64,000 bases of DNA, taken from assembly GCA_964276515.1 (NCBI GenBank), contig OZ193909.1, positions 15,500,001-15,564,000 on the forward strand, in the 5' to 3' direction. The DNA is from Gordius albopunctatus. Taxonomy: Eukaryota. Positions 11,815 to 22,278 of the stretch are shown piece by piece; the stretch's first letter is position 1; the number at the start of each line of letters is the position of its first letter. The notes beneath the pieces were generated by a model that saw only the letters and a list, made by a program, of their open reading frames with translations, was not told the origin of the DNA and ran no database searches. The position numbers were made by a program, and so were the translations under genes.

Positions 11815-14312
11815 TCTTCTTCTTCTTCTTTATCGTGTTGAAAATGCCACAGACGTGGGGTACGTTTTCAGCAGCCTCTTCCATCTGAGTCGCGTAAATG
11901 CCATGCCAATTTCCATCTGTTTGACGTCCATATCCTTTTCGACCAGTCGGTTCCAGGTGGCACGTGGTCTGCCCCTTCCTCTTCTTCCAGGCACTTCCAT
12001 CTCAAGCGTTCGCCGTGTGACATCGTCTTCGCCTCTTCGTAATACATGGCCGTACCACCGCAGTCGATTTTCTCTTAAGAAGTCCTTCGTCGCTTGTATA
12101 CCCATCTTTGTCATCAAGGATTCGTTCGTCATGCGATCCAGCTTGGTGTAGCCTAAGCTCAATCGCACCATTCTCATTTCCGTAACTTGCAAGAGTTTCT
12201 CCTCCGCGGTGGTTACAGCCTATGTTTCGCTCCCGTAAAGCAAGACCGGTCGCACGATGGTTTTGTACGCCTTGCTTTTCAACCAAATTGGTATCTTTTT
12301 GTCACACATGACACCGGAGATGCTGCGCCACTTGAGCCACGCTTTCTTGATCCGAGAATGGACTTCGGCGGTACATCCTCCCTCTTGATATAATAGCGAG
12401 CCAAGATATGTGAACTTATCAACCTCCGTGTACATTGGACCGTCATTTTTGTGCATTTGCGGACTAACGCCCATCGTTTGCATGTAAACCGTTTTCTTCT
12501 CGCTGACCTTTAACCCGAATTCCGAAAAACGTTCTTACCATTTTTTCGCTTGATGAAAAACCTCTTCTCTTGTTTCATCGCATAGGAAAATATCATCGGC
12601 ATATAGCATAGTCCAAGGGGCTGGCTTGTGCAAGTCCTTTGTTATTTTATCCATAATTAGATTAAACAAGAATGGGCTTAACGCTGACCCTTGATGTAGT
12701 CCAATCATTACTCGGAAGGGTTTCGTTTCTCCTACGGTAGTCCTAACAGATGCAACCGCGCCATTCTACATTTCCTTGATAAGTCGAACATATCCTTCGG
12801 GTATATTTCTGGCTCTAAGGGACCACCATATTAAGTCTCTCGGAACCGTATCGTAGGTCTTTTCTAAATCGATGAAGACCATGTGTAAGTTCTTTCTTAT
12901 GTCGCCATATTTTTCCATCGTCCGCTTCAACGCAAAGATTGGATACATCGTTGATTTACCGGCCACGAATCCAAACTTATTGGGCGAGAGACAAACTTCG
13001 TCATTGAGCCTTTTCACTAGCACCCTTTCTAGTAGTTTTAGTGAGTGGCAGGTCAACTTGATACCTCTAAAGTTGCCACATTCCTGCGCGTCTCCTTTGC
13101 CTTTGTATATGTGTATGATCGTACTTTCCCTCCATTGGTCAGGGATACGACTCTCATACAGCATAGCGTTAAATAGGCCTGATATTATGTCGATTCCTTC
13201 TCCTTTGCACCCAAGCCAAGCTTCGATCGGTAAATCATCGGGACCTAGCGCTTTCCCTTTCCGCATCTTCGTTAGTTGCGCTCCTACTTCATAAGCCTGC
13301 AATGGTAAAACTAAGTTCGAGTTCGGTTCCACCCTCTCTAGCGGTCTTCTATCATTCGTTTTGTTCATCATATTTTGGAAATAATCTTTCCATCTTTTGA
13401 TGACTTCCTTCGGTTTGCACAACGTTCGCCCCTCTTCGCTTTTAATGACTTTCAGTGTCCTGACATCTCGACTTTTTTCTTCCCTAATCTTTGCTACATG
13501 ACTATGTCGCCGTCCTTGGTATCGAGCTTGTTTGCCATCTCGGTGTAAGCCTCGTTCTTCGCTATCGCAACCGCTATCTTAGCTTTGCGTTTCGCTTCAC
13601 GATATGCCACGTAGTTTTCTCCTTTCTTCGTTTTGTACCATCGTAGGTACAACGCCTTCTTTTCTTCTATAGCCTCTTTGACCGAGTCATTCCACCACCA
13701 TAGTTCACGCTTGTGAGCTCTGCCGCCCTTAGATAGTCCCAAGATTTGAAAGGCCGTTTCCTTTAAGACATTTGCAACGGTTTCCCACCTTTTTTTAATG
13801 TCGCCCCCCAAGCTTGCAACCTTCAAGAGCGGAGTTGCTCGAGCGTGAAACATTTCATTTGCACGATCATCCTTAAGCTTTTCGTACTTTGTCCTTGGTG
13901 TGTAGACTTTTCTCCTTACGGGAAAAATCTTTCTTGCTATATCGAGGACAACTGGCCGATGTTGTTTGGCGATTTCTTCCCCCGGTATAACCTTGCAATC
14001 TTTAACTTGCCACAAATTTTTGCGCTTCACTAAGATGTAGTCGACCTGTGTAAGGTGATCCCTACTACTGTACGTCGCTAAATTTTCGGTACGCTTCTGA
14101 AAGAAGGTATTCACAATGGCCATATCATAAGCTTGCGCCATCTGTAGTAACTTCTCTCCCTCTTTATTTTTCACCCCGCGGAGGCGCACCTAAGGGTCGC
14201 AACGTCAAAAAGGGCGCGGCCCCTGCCAGGGGTTAGAAAGCGCCTCCACAAAGCAGCAACAAACTGGGAGTTCGGGCCCGATGGCTTACCGACTCCCAAC
14301 GGTGACAAAGAT

Positions 14313-16146
14313 ATGGCTTCCCCCACGTGGCTTAAAAATGTTTTTCATTTTCTTAGGGAAGCGCGACGCATCATCTTTTCACCGCCCAAGGACGACGATC
14401 CGAAGCTGCCGGACACACCACCGTCCACTCCGCCGCCACAAAACGACGCTCCACCATCACCCACTGAGTCGGAACAACGACTCAAGGACGCCGAACCTTC
14501 CCTCGTCCGGGACGCGGGATCGGGACAAATCCGGTCCCTGATACAAGCACACAAAGTGCTATTCGGCTGGAGTAAAGCGTCAACCACTGCTAAACCAAGC
14601 GGGAGTCTCGACATTAGAACTTCACGCCTCACACCACACGACTTAATGTCACCGTTTAGCAAGAAAGTAGCCACCTTTGGCTACAAGGCCATCCTGGATG
14701 CCTACAACATCCGGCTGAATGGGGGACTGATACAACCCCCTAAATCGAAGAGGTACTCAAAGGGACCTCCGGCCTACTTTTCGGAAATGCTGAATGCGGG
14801 TATTGTATCTAGGACAGCGAAACTCCTTATCCGCTCCGCCACCTTCTTCATCGCCAAGCCGAACGGGGATGCTAGGGTAATCACTGATTTGTCTCATGCT
14901 TCTAGGAATTTTCTGCCAAAACCCTTAAAGCTAGCAAACATACCGCTTACCGCCAAACACCTAGGCAGCTAAAGTAGACTTCAAGGCTGCGTTCTTCTCT
15001 ATACCCATCCACCCCAGCACCAAGAAATACCTGGGGTACGTTTGGAAAAGAAAGCCCTACGAATAGAACGTGCTGCCCATGGGGGCCTCTTTCTCCCCGT
15101 TCGTGCTACAAATGATCATCAGCGATCTAGCAAAAAAGGCTGTCAAACGCTCCAAGTATAACGTATACCTGGACGACCTACTAATCTATTCTCCCGAATA
15201 CGACGACGTCCAAGAAGACCTCGAAAGTCTAGCCGACTTAGCTAAAGCCTGGGGACTCACGATCAACGTTAGCAAGTCCTCTATTATGCCGTCTCATCAC
15301 ATCGAGTACCTTGGTATGGAGCTTAAACTCGACGTCTCCGCAGTAAAATGCAAACCAGGAACGGCTGATCGACTCCAGATCGCGGCCGACATCCTCTTTC
15401 TAGCGCTCACACGAGACGTCCCCACAAACACTCTGCTCGAAGCGCTGGGCATCCTTAACTACTTTTTTTATAATCTCACAGGCATGTCTAAACTCTTTTC
15501 CAGCTTCTACAGCCTCACCAGAGATAACCCCCCATGGTTCGATAAAAGCCTCGCCGCACACAAACTCATGGGTATTCTAAAACTCACGCACGAAACCATA
15601 CCACTCTGGGTTAAACCCTCCAATGTCGTCTACGTAGACGCATCAGGCTCGCACATCGGGGTATCAGATGATTACGGCGAACACTCAAACAGCTTCCAAA
15701 ACGCAGCAGCCTTCCTGGGGTGGAAATGGAGGGAACCATACCACATCACCCTGTCAGAAACGGTCGCCGTCCTGTACGGATACGTCCGATCTTATCTTAG
15801 TGGGCACGATCACCCGAAACTGTTCACGGACTCAGCCACGGCATATTACGTGTTGAAAAAAGGGGGATCAAACTCCCCGGTTATCGAAGAAGTCATAGCC
15901 ACCTTCGTCAAAACATGGGGCATCAAACACCTGCTCAACATTCACTTTAACCTCTCTTGGATCCCCACACACCTAAACCCGGCTGACCACCCATCCCGAG
16001 TATGGGCTCCCGATCAACCAGACAGGGAACAAACAAACACCGATATCGATTACGTTCTCCAGCAGGGACTCCCCGAAGAAGGCGATATCGACTTGGGTTT
16101 TTGGGAAAACGAAATACCGGTCGAAATAGTCGATCTAGAACCCTAG
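14313..16146 (+). pseudogene. RT-RNase H polymerase, hepadna/DIRS-like; one frameshift and two in-frame TAG stops
   Basis: ORF 14313-14972 gives FFIAKPNGDARVITDLS; after a frameshift near 14960 the frame reads *AAKVDFKAAFFSIPIHP...YE*NVLPMGASFSPFVLQ...YLDD...IEYLG; RNase H D-E-D-D set: VYVDAS, LSETVAV, FTDSAT, WIPTHLNPADHPSR. Confidence 0.85.
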
Positions 16147-16165
16147 CAAACCCTACGCATCCAGG

Positions 16166-16378
16166 TATAAATACACCCGTCTGCCCTCCGGGTATCACTT
16201 GTTTGTTTTCCTAAGTGACACCCTCCTCACCTGTTTCGCCCGTCTTGTCCCCAAGCCTATTCCCCAAATTTCGTTTTCTGTACACACCATGATTTTCTTA
16301 CTTATTCATGTACGCGATTTTGCACCGCCTTCTTATACTTTTTACAAATAGTTTATTGCGTCGATTCGCGTGAATAAA
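16166..16378 (+). promoter_or_regulatory. Putative TATA + initiator + poly(A) signal cassette downstream of the Pol ORF
   Basis: TATAAATA at 16166-16173; TCACTT with the A at 16197 (31 nt from the TATA start); AATAAA at 16373-16378. Confidence 0.45.
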
Positions 16379-17048
16379 AGGCCCCTAGCGAAAGTTTCTT
16401 ACGAAACGCCTCTTTCTTTCCCAACGTGCCCATTAAAGTCTGCTCCGATGATGCATTCTCGTCAGGCTTCACGTAGCGTATTTCTTTTTCGAGCTTCTCA
16501 TAGAATTCGTCCTTCTCATTTTCGGAACATCCAACCTGGGGCGAATACGCACAAATAACATTGACAAGGCCGCCTTGATCCGCCAGCTTTATGCACATCA
16601 ATCTATCTGAGCATCGTTTGACTTCGACTACCTTGTCCTTAAAGGAATCGCTAAGCACTATACCTACCCGGTTCTTCCGTGATGGGGAACCCGAGTAGTA
16701 TAGCTTGTAACCATCTCCTAGCTCCCTGGCTTTTGTTCCATGTCACCGCGTTTCTTGTAGACACGCTATGTGTATCCTTCGCCTTTTTAGCATCTGTGCA
16801 ACCTCGATGCCCTTCCCCGTCAGCGTGCCCACATTCCAGCTGGCCACTCTTGTCCGTTCGACAACTAGATTCCTTAACCGCCTTCGTTGTGAGTGAGGTG
16901 GTGACCGTTGTATACTTTTCACATTGCACGGACGGATAATGCAATGCGCGTCGTTTGGGGAGGACGCCCTAGCATTCTGGTATAAGTTCATGTTTGTAGC
17001 TGCCATGGTGTTTGGAGTTGCTTTTTTTACAGCCGGCTTCCAACCTGA

Positions 17049-17098
17049 CGCTAACCTTCCACTATTTTCACACGGACTTGGGACCGTCGTTGTATAGT
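17049..17098 (-). ncRNA. Twister-ribozyme core (3' cleavage-product side) at the RTE 5' end
   Basis: Minus strand ACTAT-AC-AACG-ACGG-TCCCAAGT-CCGT-GTGAAA-ATAGT-GGA-AGG-TTAGCG fits the twister P2/T2/P4/L4/T1 layout; the UAA cleavage strand is absent. Confidence 0.65.
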
Positions 17099-17707
17099 AA
17101 ATCAGTAGAAATTTAATTTGTGAAATATGCGATATAATACAATTTAGAATAAATTAATAAATTGTAAAACTCTTAATGTGCGCAAATCAGGAGCGCAATT
17201 GCGCACCCGCACCAGCTTAATCAGGTGCGCGCACCCACACTCGCTCTTTGTTATAAAAAATTGGGCGCACCTTAACAACTCTGATCATACCCTTATGGCT
17301 CCACCGAAAAAAGAGCCTAGTCTCCTGACCATGGTGATTTGGGGTTCGCATAGAGTTACCAATAATCTTCTATGCTAAAAATTTTCAAATTTTAACCAAT
17401 TATTATCTCCAGCTATAATTCTATGGAGAAATAATTTTATTTTGTTACTTGCTAGCAGCCTTTCACAATTTTCTTTATCTACCCGATGCCATTCATTCAT
17501 TTCGTATTGAACCAATTTTTGCGCCAAATCCCCAAGAAAATTCACCTAACACTAAAAAGGCTGAGTGAAAATAAACGCTAACGCTTGCAGGCGACTAATA
17601 AAAACCCTTGATTTTTTACAAGACTAACATGAATATATATATATATATTAATCGATAGAAGTTTATTTCCAAATAATAATGTATGGTATATGCTAAAATA
17701 TATTAAT

Positions 17708-18692
17708 CTAGATGAACCCGGCAAACGTTGTTTTGCCATTTACCCAGGTATATTAAATTATGTTGGAATTTTAGAGCATATATGATGATAAAGCGGTTAT
17801 TTAAATAAAAATAAAGTTTGATGTCTATATCTCTTACTTCTATTGTTCTATTATTTCCGTATAATAGATTAAGAATATATCAAATATAATTGGTAAGTGT
17901 TTATTATGCAAAAATATTTAAACAAATAGTTAAAGAGGTTCCAAGGCCCAGGTCCACCCAAGAGAGAAAACCTGACCCATGCCCCCCCCTCCAAGGGAAA
18001 AATCTTTGGCCCCCTGGCCCTTCAAGCAATTTTTTTTAATTTTTTGTAATTAAGAAACGATATCATATTTATAATTATTTGTTTCTGAATAAAAAATTTA
18101 ATTCTGAACTTAATAATGTCTGAAGAACTGAGATATATCAACATTTATTGGCACTTTGTTAAAAGTATTTTCATTTTTCTCCTTATTTAACACGCAAAAA
18201 TGATAAAATGAGATTTTTTTTATTTATTTAGCCACGCAGGATGGGACACGACCGTCCTATAATATAAATTGACGTGAAAAATGAGCGAAAAAATGACTTT
18301 GATTCAATATTTCAAATCGTAAAATGTTTCCATTTTCCGCAGCACATGCCTACATTTATCACACTAAACTACCTACACGCATGACGGTCTAGAAAATACT
18401 ATAAGTGATACACTTTTATTAAAGAACTGTATATTCAAATTTTACAGGAACACGATAGATACGCAGTACGTCATGAGGTTGCGTTTGATTGACATTTTAT
18501 TAAACGTCAAAACGTATAAAACCGGGAAATGTCCGATATTTTTAAAATTAAAAGGAATTTTATGAATCTGAAAAAGCTATTTTACCCCTGGCCGGCCTGG
18601 GAACCTACGGGTTAAGTTTCGCGCGAATCTGACCGGTAGTTTCAGAATTTAGCCCTTATCCACATACATACACTTTACTTGATATATATAGA
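17708..18692 (-). mobile_element. Non-autonomous Helitron (Lep1-like)
   Basis: 5' TC after A (18692); 3' CTAG (17708-17711) with the hairpin GGCAAA-ACAACG-TTTGCC just upstream; CATA microsatellite; second partial copy at 49857-50347. Confidence 0.7.
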
Positions 18693-18693
18693 T

Positions 18694-19226
18694 TAATAAG
18701 CTGGTATCGAACCATGGATTGAGATTGTATTAGATTTCAGTGTGTGTTGGAGGTTATAAATTTTGATGTTTGTTTAAGGTATTGGCTGCCCTCGGGACCT
18801 AAATTACCTAGGGTCGTGGCTACTACTGGTACAAAAGTAATTGCTGAGGTATTTGTATTTTTCCACTTTCCTTCTCTCAGTAGAAGAGATGAGGTCGGAA
18901 GAGGCGTTAGATTTGGCAAATATATCCACTGTAGTGAAGTCCCAGCAGGCATTTAGGCCAGGAGCCCACGGGATAATCGTTACACCGTCAGATCTTTTAC
19001 CATCAGTGGAGCTTAGGCCAGTGGGTTCCATTGAGTTGGCAAAGCCGACTTTCTTTAAAAATTGTCCGATTATTGTATTTATTGTGGCATGACGGGGATG
19101 CCGCCCCTTGCTGTATTGGCAGTGTGGAGGATGATGGGCGTTTGCTAGAACGGGTTGGCGACAGAGGTCGCAGTTGAATGGGGACACGATTTCGCAGCCG
19201 AGGAGTAGGCCTTATATTACTATTTT
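18694..19226 (-). mobile_element. CRE-like RLE retrotransposon 3' fragment
   Basis: CDLC...HPPHC zinc knuckle, RHATIN, KRSDGVTIIPWAPG...WDFTTVDIFAKS, FVPVVATTLGNLGP; frameshifted. Confidence 0.75.
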
Positions 19227-21523
19227 TCACTAAATATTAAAAATACTGTGGCAATATAGCCTCAAAAAGGCTTAAAAAGGGCATTTTTGGCACCTTCAAA
19301 CTCGTATATCTAAAAAACTAGTAATTGTAGAAAAAACTAAAAAAAAGATTATTTTTCAGCGAAAAATTCTCTATCAGAATTATTGGTCGGATTGCTGGAT
19401 GTGATCAAAAAGTCAAAATTTGTAGAACTGTGTGCCAACCTACTGCCATGATTAGAAATATACCTTTGCGGAATAAATCTTTTATCTTTTTATGGATTTT
19501 ATATCGTTTAATAAGCATTTGACACGATTTAAACGCGTTTTTGTAGCTCCATTATTCACTTTTAAAAGACAATTCAATAATTAAGCGATTGTCAAGATAT
19601 TTTCTAAATATACATTGAAAGAGGCAAAATTGAAAGGGAGCTAAGGATTTATGACAGCTCTAATCCTCTTTCATTCTTGAACAACGATAACATGACCTCT
19701 TGGTTGTTCGAAGGTAACAAGATAGCGAGTTTTAGGGGCCTTACACCACATCTTAAAACGAAATCTAAAAGGTTTACCTTTTATGAATTACTTTGATGTG
19801 TGATGGTTATAAAAGGCACCACGGATTTATTTTATTTTAAACCTATCATTTTAAATATCCAGAAAACTCAAACCTTGAAAAATTGTGTTTGGACTGTCTA
19901 GAGTTGTCTGATTATGTCTTGAAACTGAATTCTACTCATAACATTGAATATTATATTGTTGAGGAATAGGACTTCTTAAGTTTTCAAAACATTAAGACAT
20001 TTTGAGAGACTAATAACAGTTATAAAAATTATAATATAAATATTAAATACCTTGATCGTTAATTTTAATTTATGGATATGGGTGTGTTTTTTTGCATATA
20101 AATTAAAGATATAAAGCGAAAAAAATATCCTTTTATTTGAATGGGAGTAACGACAGTCAAATTTATATTTTCGATCTCGTCTAACTTTTTATAAGGGTGG
20201 ACTTATTGCTACAAACCTAAATATGGAACCATGTTTTCAAAAGTCCACTATCTACGATTAGGGTACATTCTATAAAAATATCATAAAATCAGAATTAAAT
20301 ATAGAAATTTAGACCGAGCCAGTTTTAAAATTATCAATTTAATTAATTATAACCGTATTTTGAATATTAGGAGGTACAATTTAATGTATAAATATCATGT
20401 ATCCGCCATATTTCTATTTCCTATCAAAAATAAGAGAAAATTGAGAATATCGTATTACCAAGACTTTTTATAGCTTAAAAACGCAAAATTTTTGTTATTC
20501 TTGACTATTCTACCCCCACCCTCTTTATACTATCAACTTTTGCTAAGAAAAATTAAAAAAATTGTTAGTGGATTCATAGTTTTATAATTTAATCATTAAA
20601 AGGGTTGCGCTAGGCACATAAGCTCTGCCCAGTGTAACCTTTAGGTGACGTTCAACTTTAAGGCAAATTTTAAACTCTTTAAAGTACTCACATAAATTTA
20701 AAATTACTATCAAAATGTTGGAAAAATTTTACAGATTTTAAATATGTAAATTGAGTTGCAAAAACATATTGTTGAGTGCACATAAATATTGAATAAAAGA
20801 AGGCAGGTCGGAATTGCGATCTTTACGATTTTTGAACGAGTAGCCCGAATCTTGTTACGATGCCGACCGAAATAAATTTAAGAGATTTTTTTGACTCGGT
20901 CAGTGGTCATTTGGGCCAGACATGTCTGATCTCTGGTTAAATTTCCAGCGGGAAATAAGGATGGGAAATGGCTAATCGTTTTAATACAGTTATGCATGTA
21001 AAATACACCCTATTCAATAATTTGTATTTTGCGGCAATTATAATCGTTCTGATTAAGGATATTGATTGTGAGTATTTATTTCAGGTACTTGGGTGCTAAT
21101 TCAATAAAAAACTAAATAATCGTAAAAAAGCGATCTATATTATCTAGTCTACTAAACACTTGATAAACGATTCTAGTCTTTAGTTTAGTCAAACCTTTGA
21201 TGACTCAATTCAGTCGGAACGGAAGCGTAGCCTAATAATAAGCAGCCCTAGTATTTATTTTACTATCTTCCCCTAGGTAGACAAAATTGATAATGTTCGT
21301 TTCTGTTCAAAATTGTGCAAAAGGGGGGGGGGGTGGATAAGGAAGCCAAAACCCTGTTCTTTGGGCCCGTTTCCTCAAGCGAAAACCATTTACTTATTTA
21401 TAGGTATACAAAATTTTTAGTCAAAGCTAGACTATTGTTTTGCACTTTTTTGTCATTAAAAAAATTTTTATCGCAAAAGTTCTTAGCATTTTGTCGTTAT
21501 GTTTATAATATCACAACATTAAT

Positions 21524-21663
21524 CATGGGCGTAGCCAGGTTTTGGATAAGGGGGCGGCGGGGCAAAACATCTAAAAGTTCAATTAGAGAGGGGTAAAACA
21601 TAAATTTTTTTAATTTTCAAGGGTCGTTGCATTGAAAACATTTTTTTTCGTCAACCGCCCATG
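21524..21663. mobile_element. hAT-type MITE
   Basis: CATGGGCG...CGCCCATG termini; 8-bp TSD ACATTAAT (21516-21523, 21664-21671). Confidence 0.85.
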
Positions 21664-22278
21664 ACATTAATCGTATTACGATATAATGTATAATACCTCA
21701 ATTTTTTTTCTTTTAAAGTACATTTTTGGCCGCTTGCAATTTTTACCAGCGGCCGTTTAATACCCTTTCCAACTAAGAAATTCCATCCCCCTTAAGAGTA
21801 AAATGCTTATTATTTAAGACTTTTTTGTACAACTTTATTTCAATTATACTTTTTAGGTAAATACATAGTAAATTATTGATATTTTTGCAATAATTAAACT
21901 AGCAAATAAAATGTCTAAAAGAACATCTAATCTACCTAAAAAGAGAGAAAACATTTAAACATATCCCAAGTCAAAATATGTAGCAATTACAATTTATGCC
22001 CAAATTATTTCCAATAGATTTAAATAATAAATTAATATAATTAATGAAATATTAAAGGACCATCAAGATTCTATATAAATGTTACAACTTTGTTATCCAA
22101 AAAGTATCTACAAATTAAGTTATTTATGAGATACAATTAGATTATAGTGTTCCTAATTAAAAAGCATTAAAGGATTAAGATTGCTTCATTAAAACAAAGA
22201 GATAAAAACTATTTGTTTTCTATTTAATTAAATGTAAAGAATATATGAACAGTTTTTGCATTGGAAAGAGTTGTATAA

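Larger units (their letters stand above)
14178..16405 (+). mobile_element. Hepadnavirus/DIRS-like RT-RNase H-only retroelement or endogenised pararetro-like replicon
   Basis: GC-rich segment that interrupts the RTE APE between ...GHVGKERG and GVKNKEG..., with no TSD and about 30 nt of RTE missing relative to the sister RTE at ~24880-24960. Contains a single Pol reading frame. Boundaries accurate to a few nt. Confidence 0.75.
11815..17098 (-). mobile_element. Near full-length, decayed RTE-clade LINE (APE + RT), interrupted by a 2.2-kb insert
   Basis: APE motifs (ASWNVGTL, IACLQET, ICAYSPQVGC, GADFNGHVG, TQVDYILV); RT motifs (FGFVAGKST, FIDLEKTYD, GLHQGSALSPFLF, LYADD); C-terminal RLRWYGHVLRR...RGRGRPR; (AAG)n 3' tail at ~11815-11830; several stops and frameshifts. 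Confidence 0.9.

Noticed and set aside
11855..13294. Plus-strand ORFs 11855-12151, 12187-12393 and 12872-13294
   Set aside because: Antisense shadows of the RTE ORF.
14180..14247. Hammerhead, twister or HDV ribozyme in the insert's 5' stem-loop
   Set aside because: GAAA precedes the closing stem, but there is no CUGANGA box, no twister L4 and no HDV-type nested pseudoknot that I can see.
14313..14800. Hepadnaviral terminal-protein domain in the Pol N-terminus
   Set aside because: Not recognisable by eye; the region is Pro-rich and then DIRS-like (FGYK, EMLNAGIV). A profile or structure search is needed.
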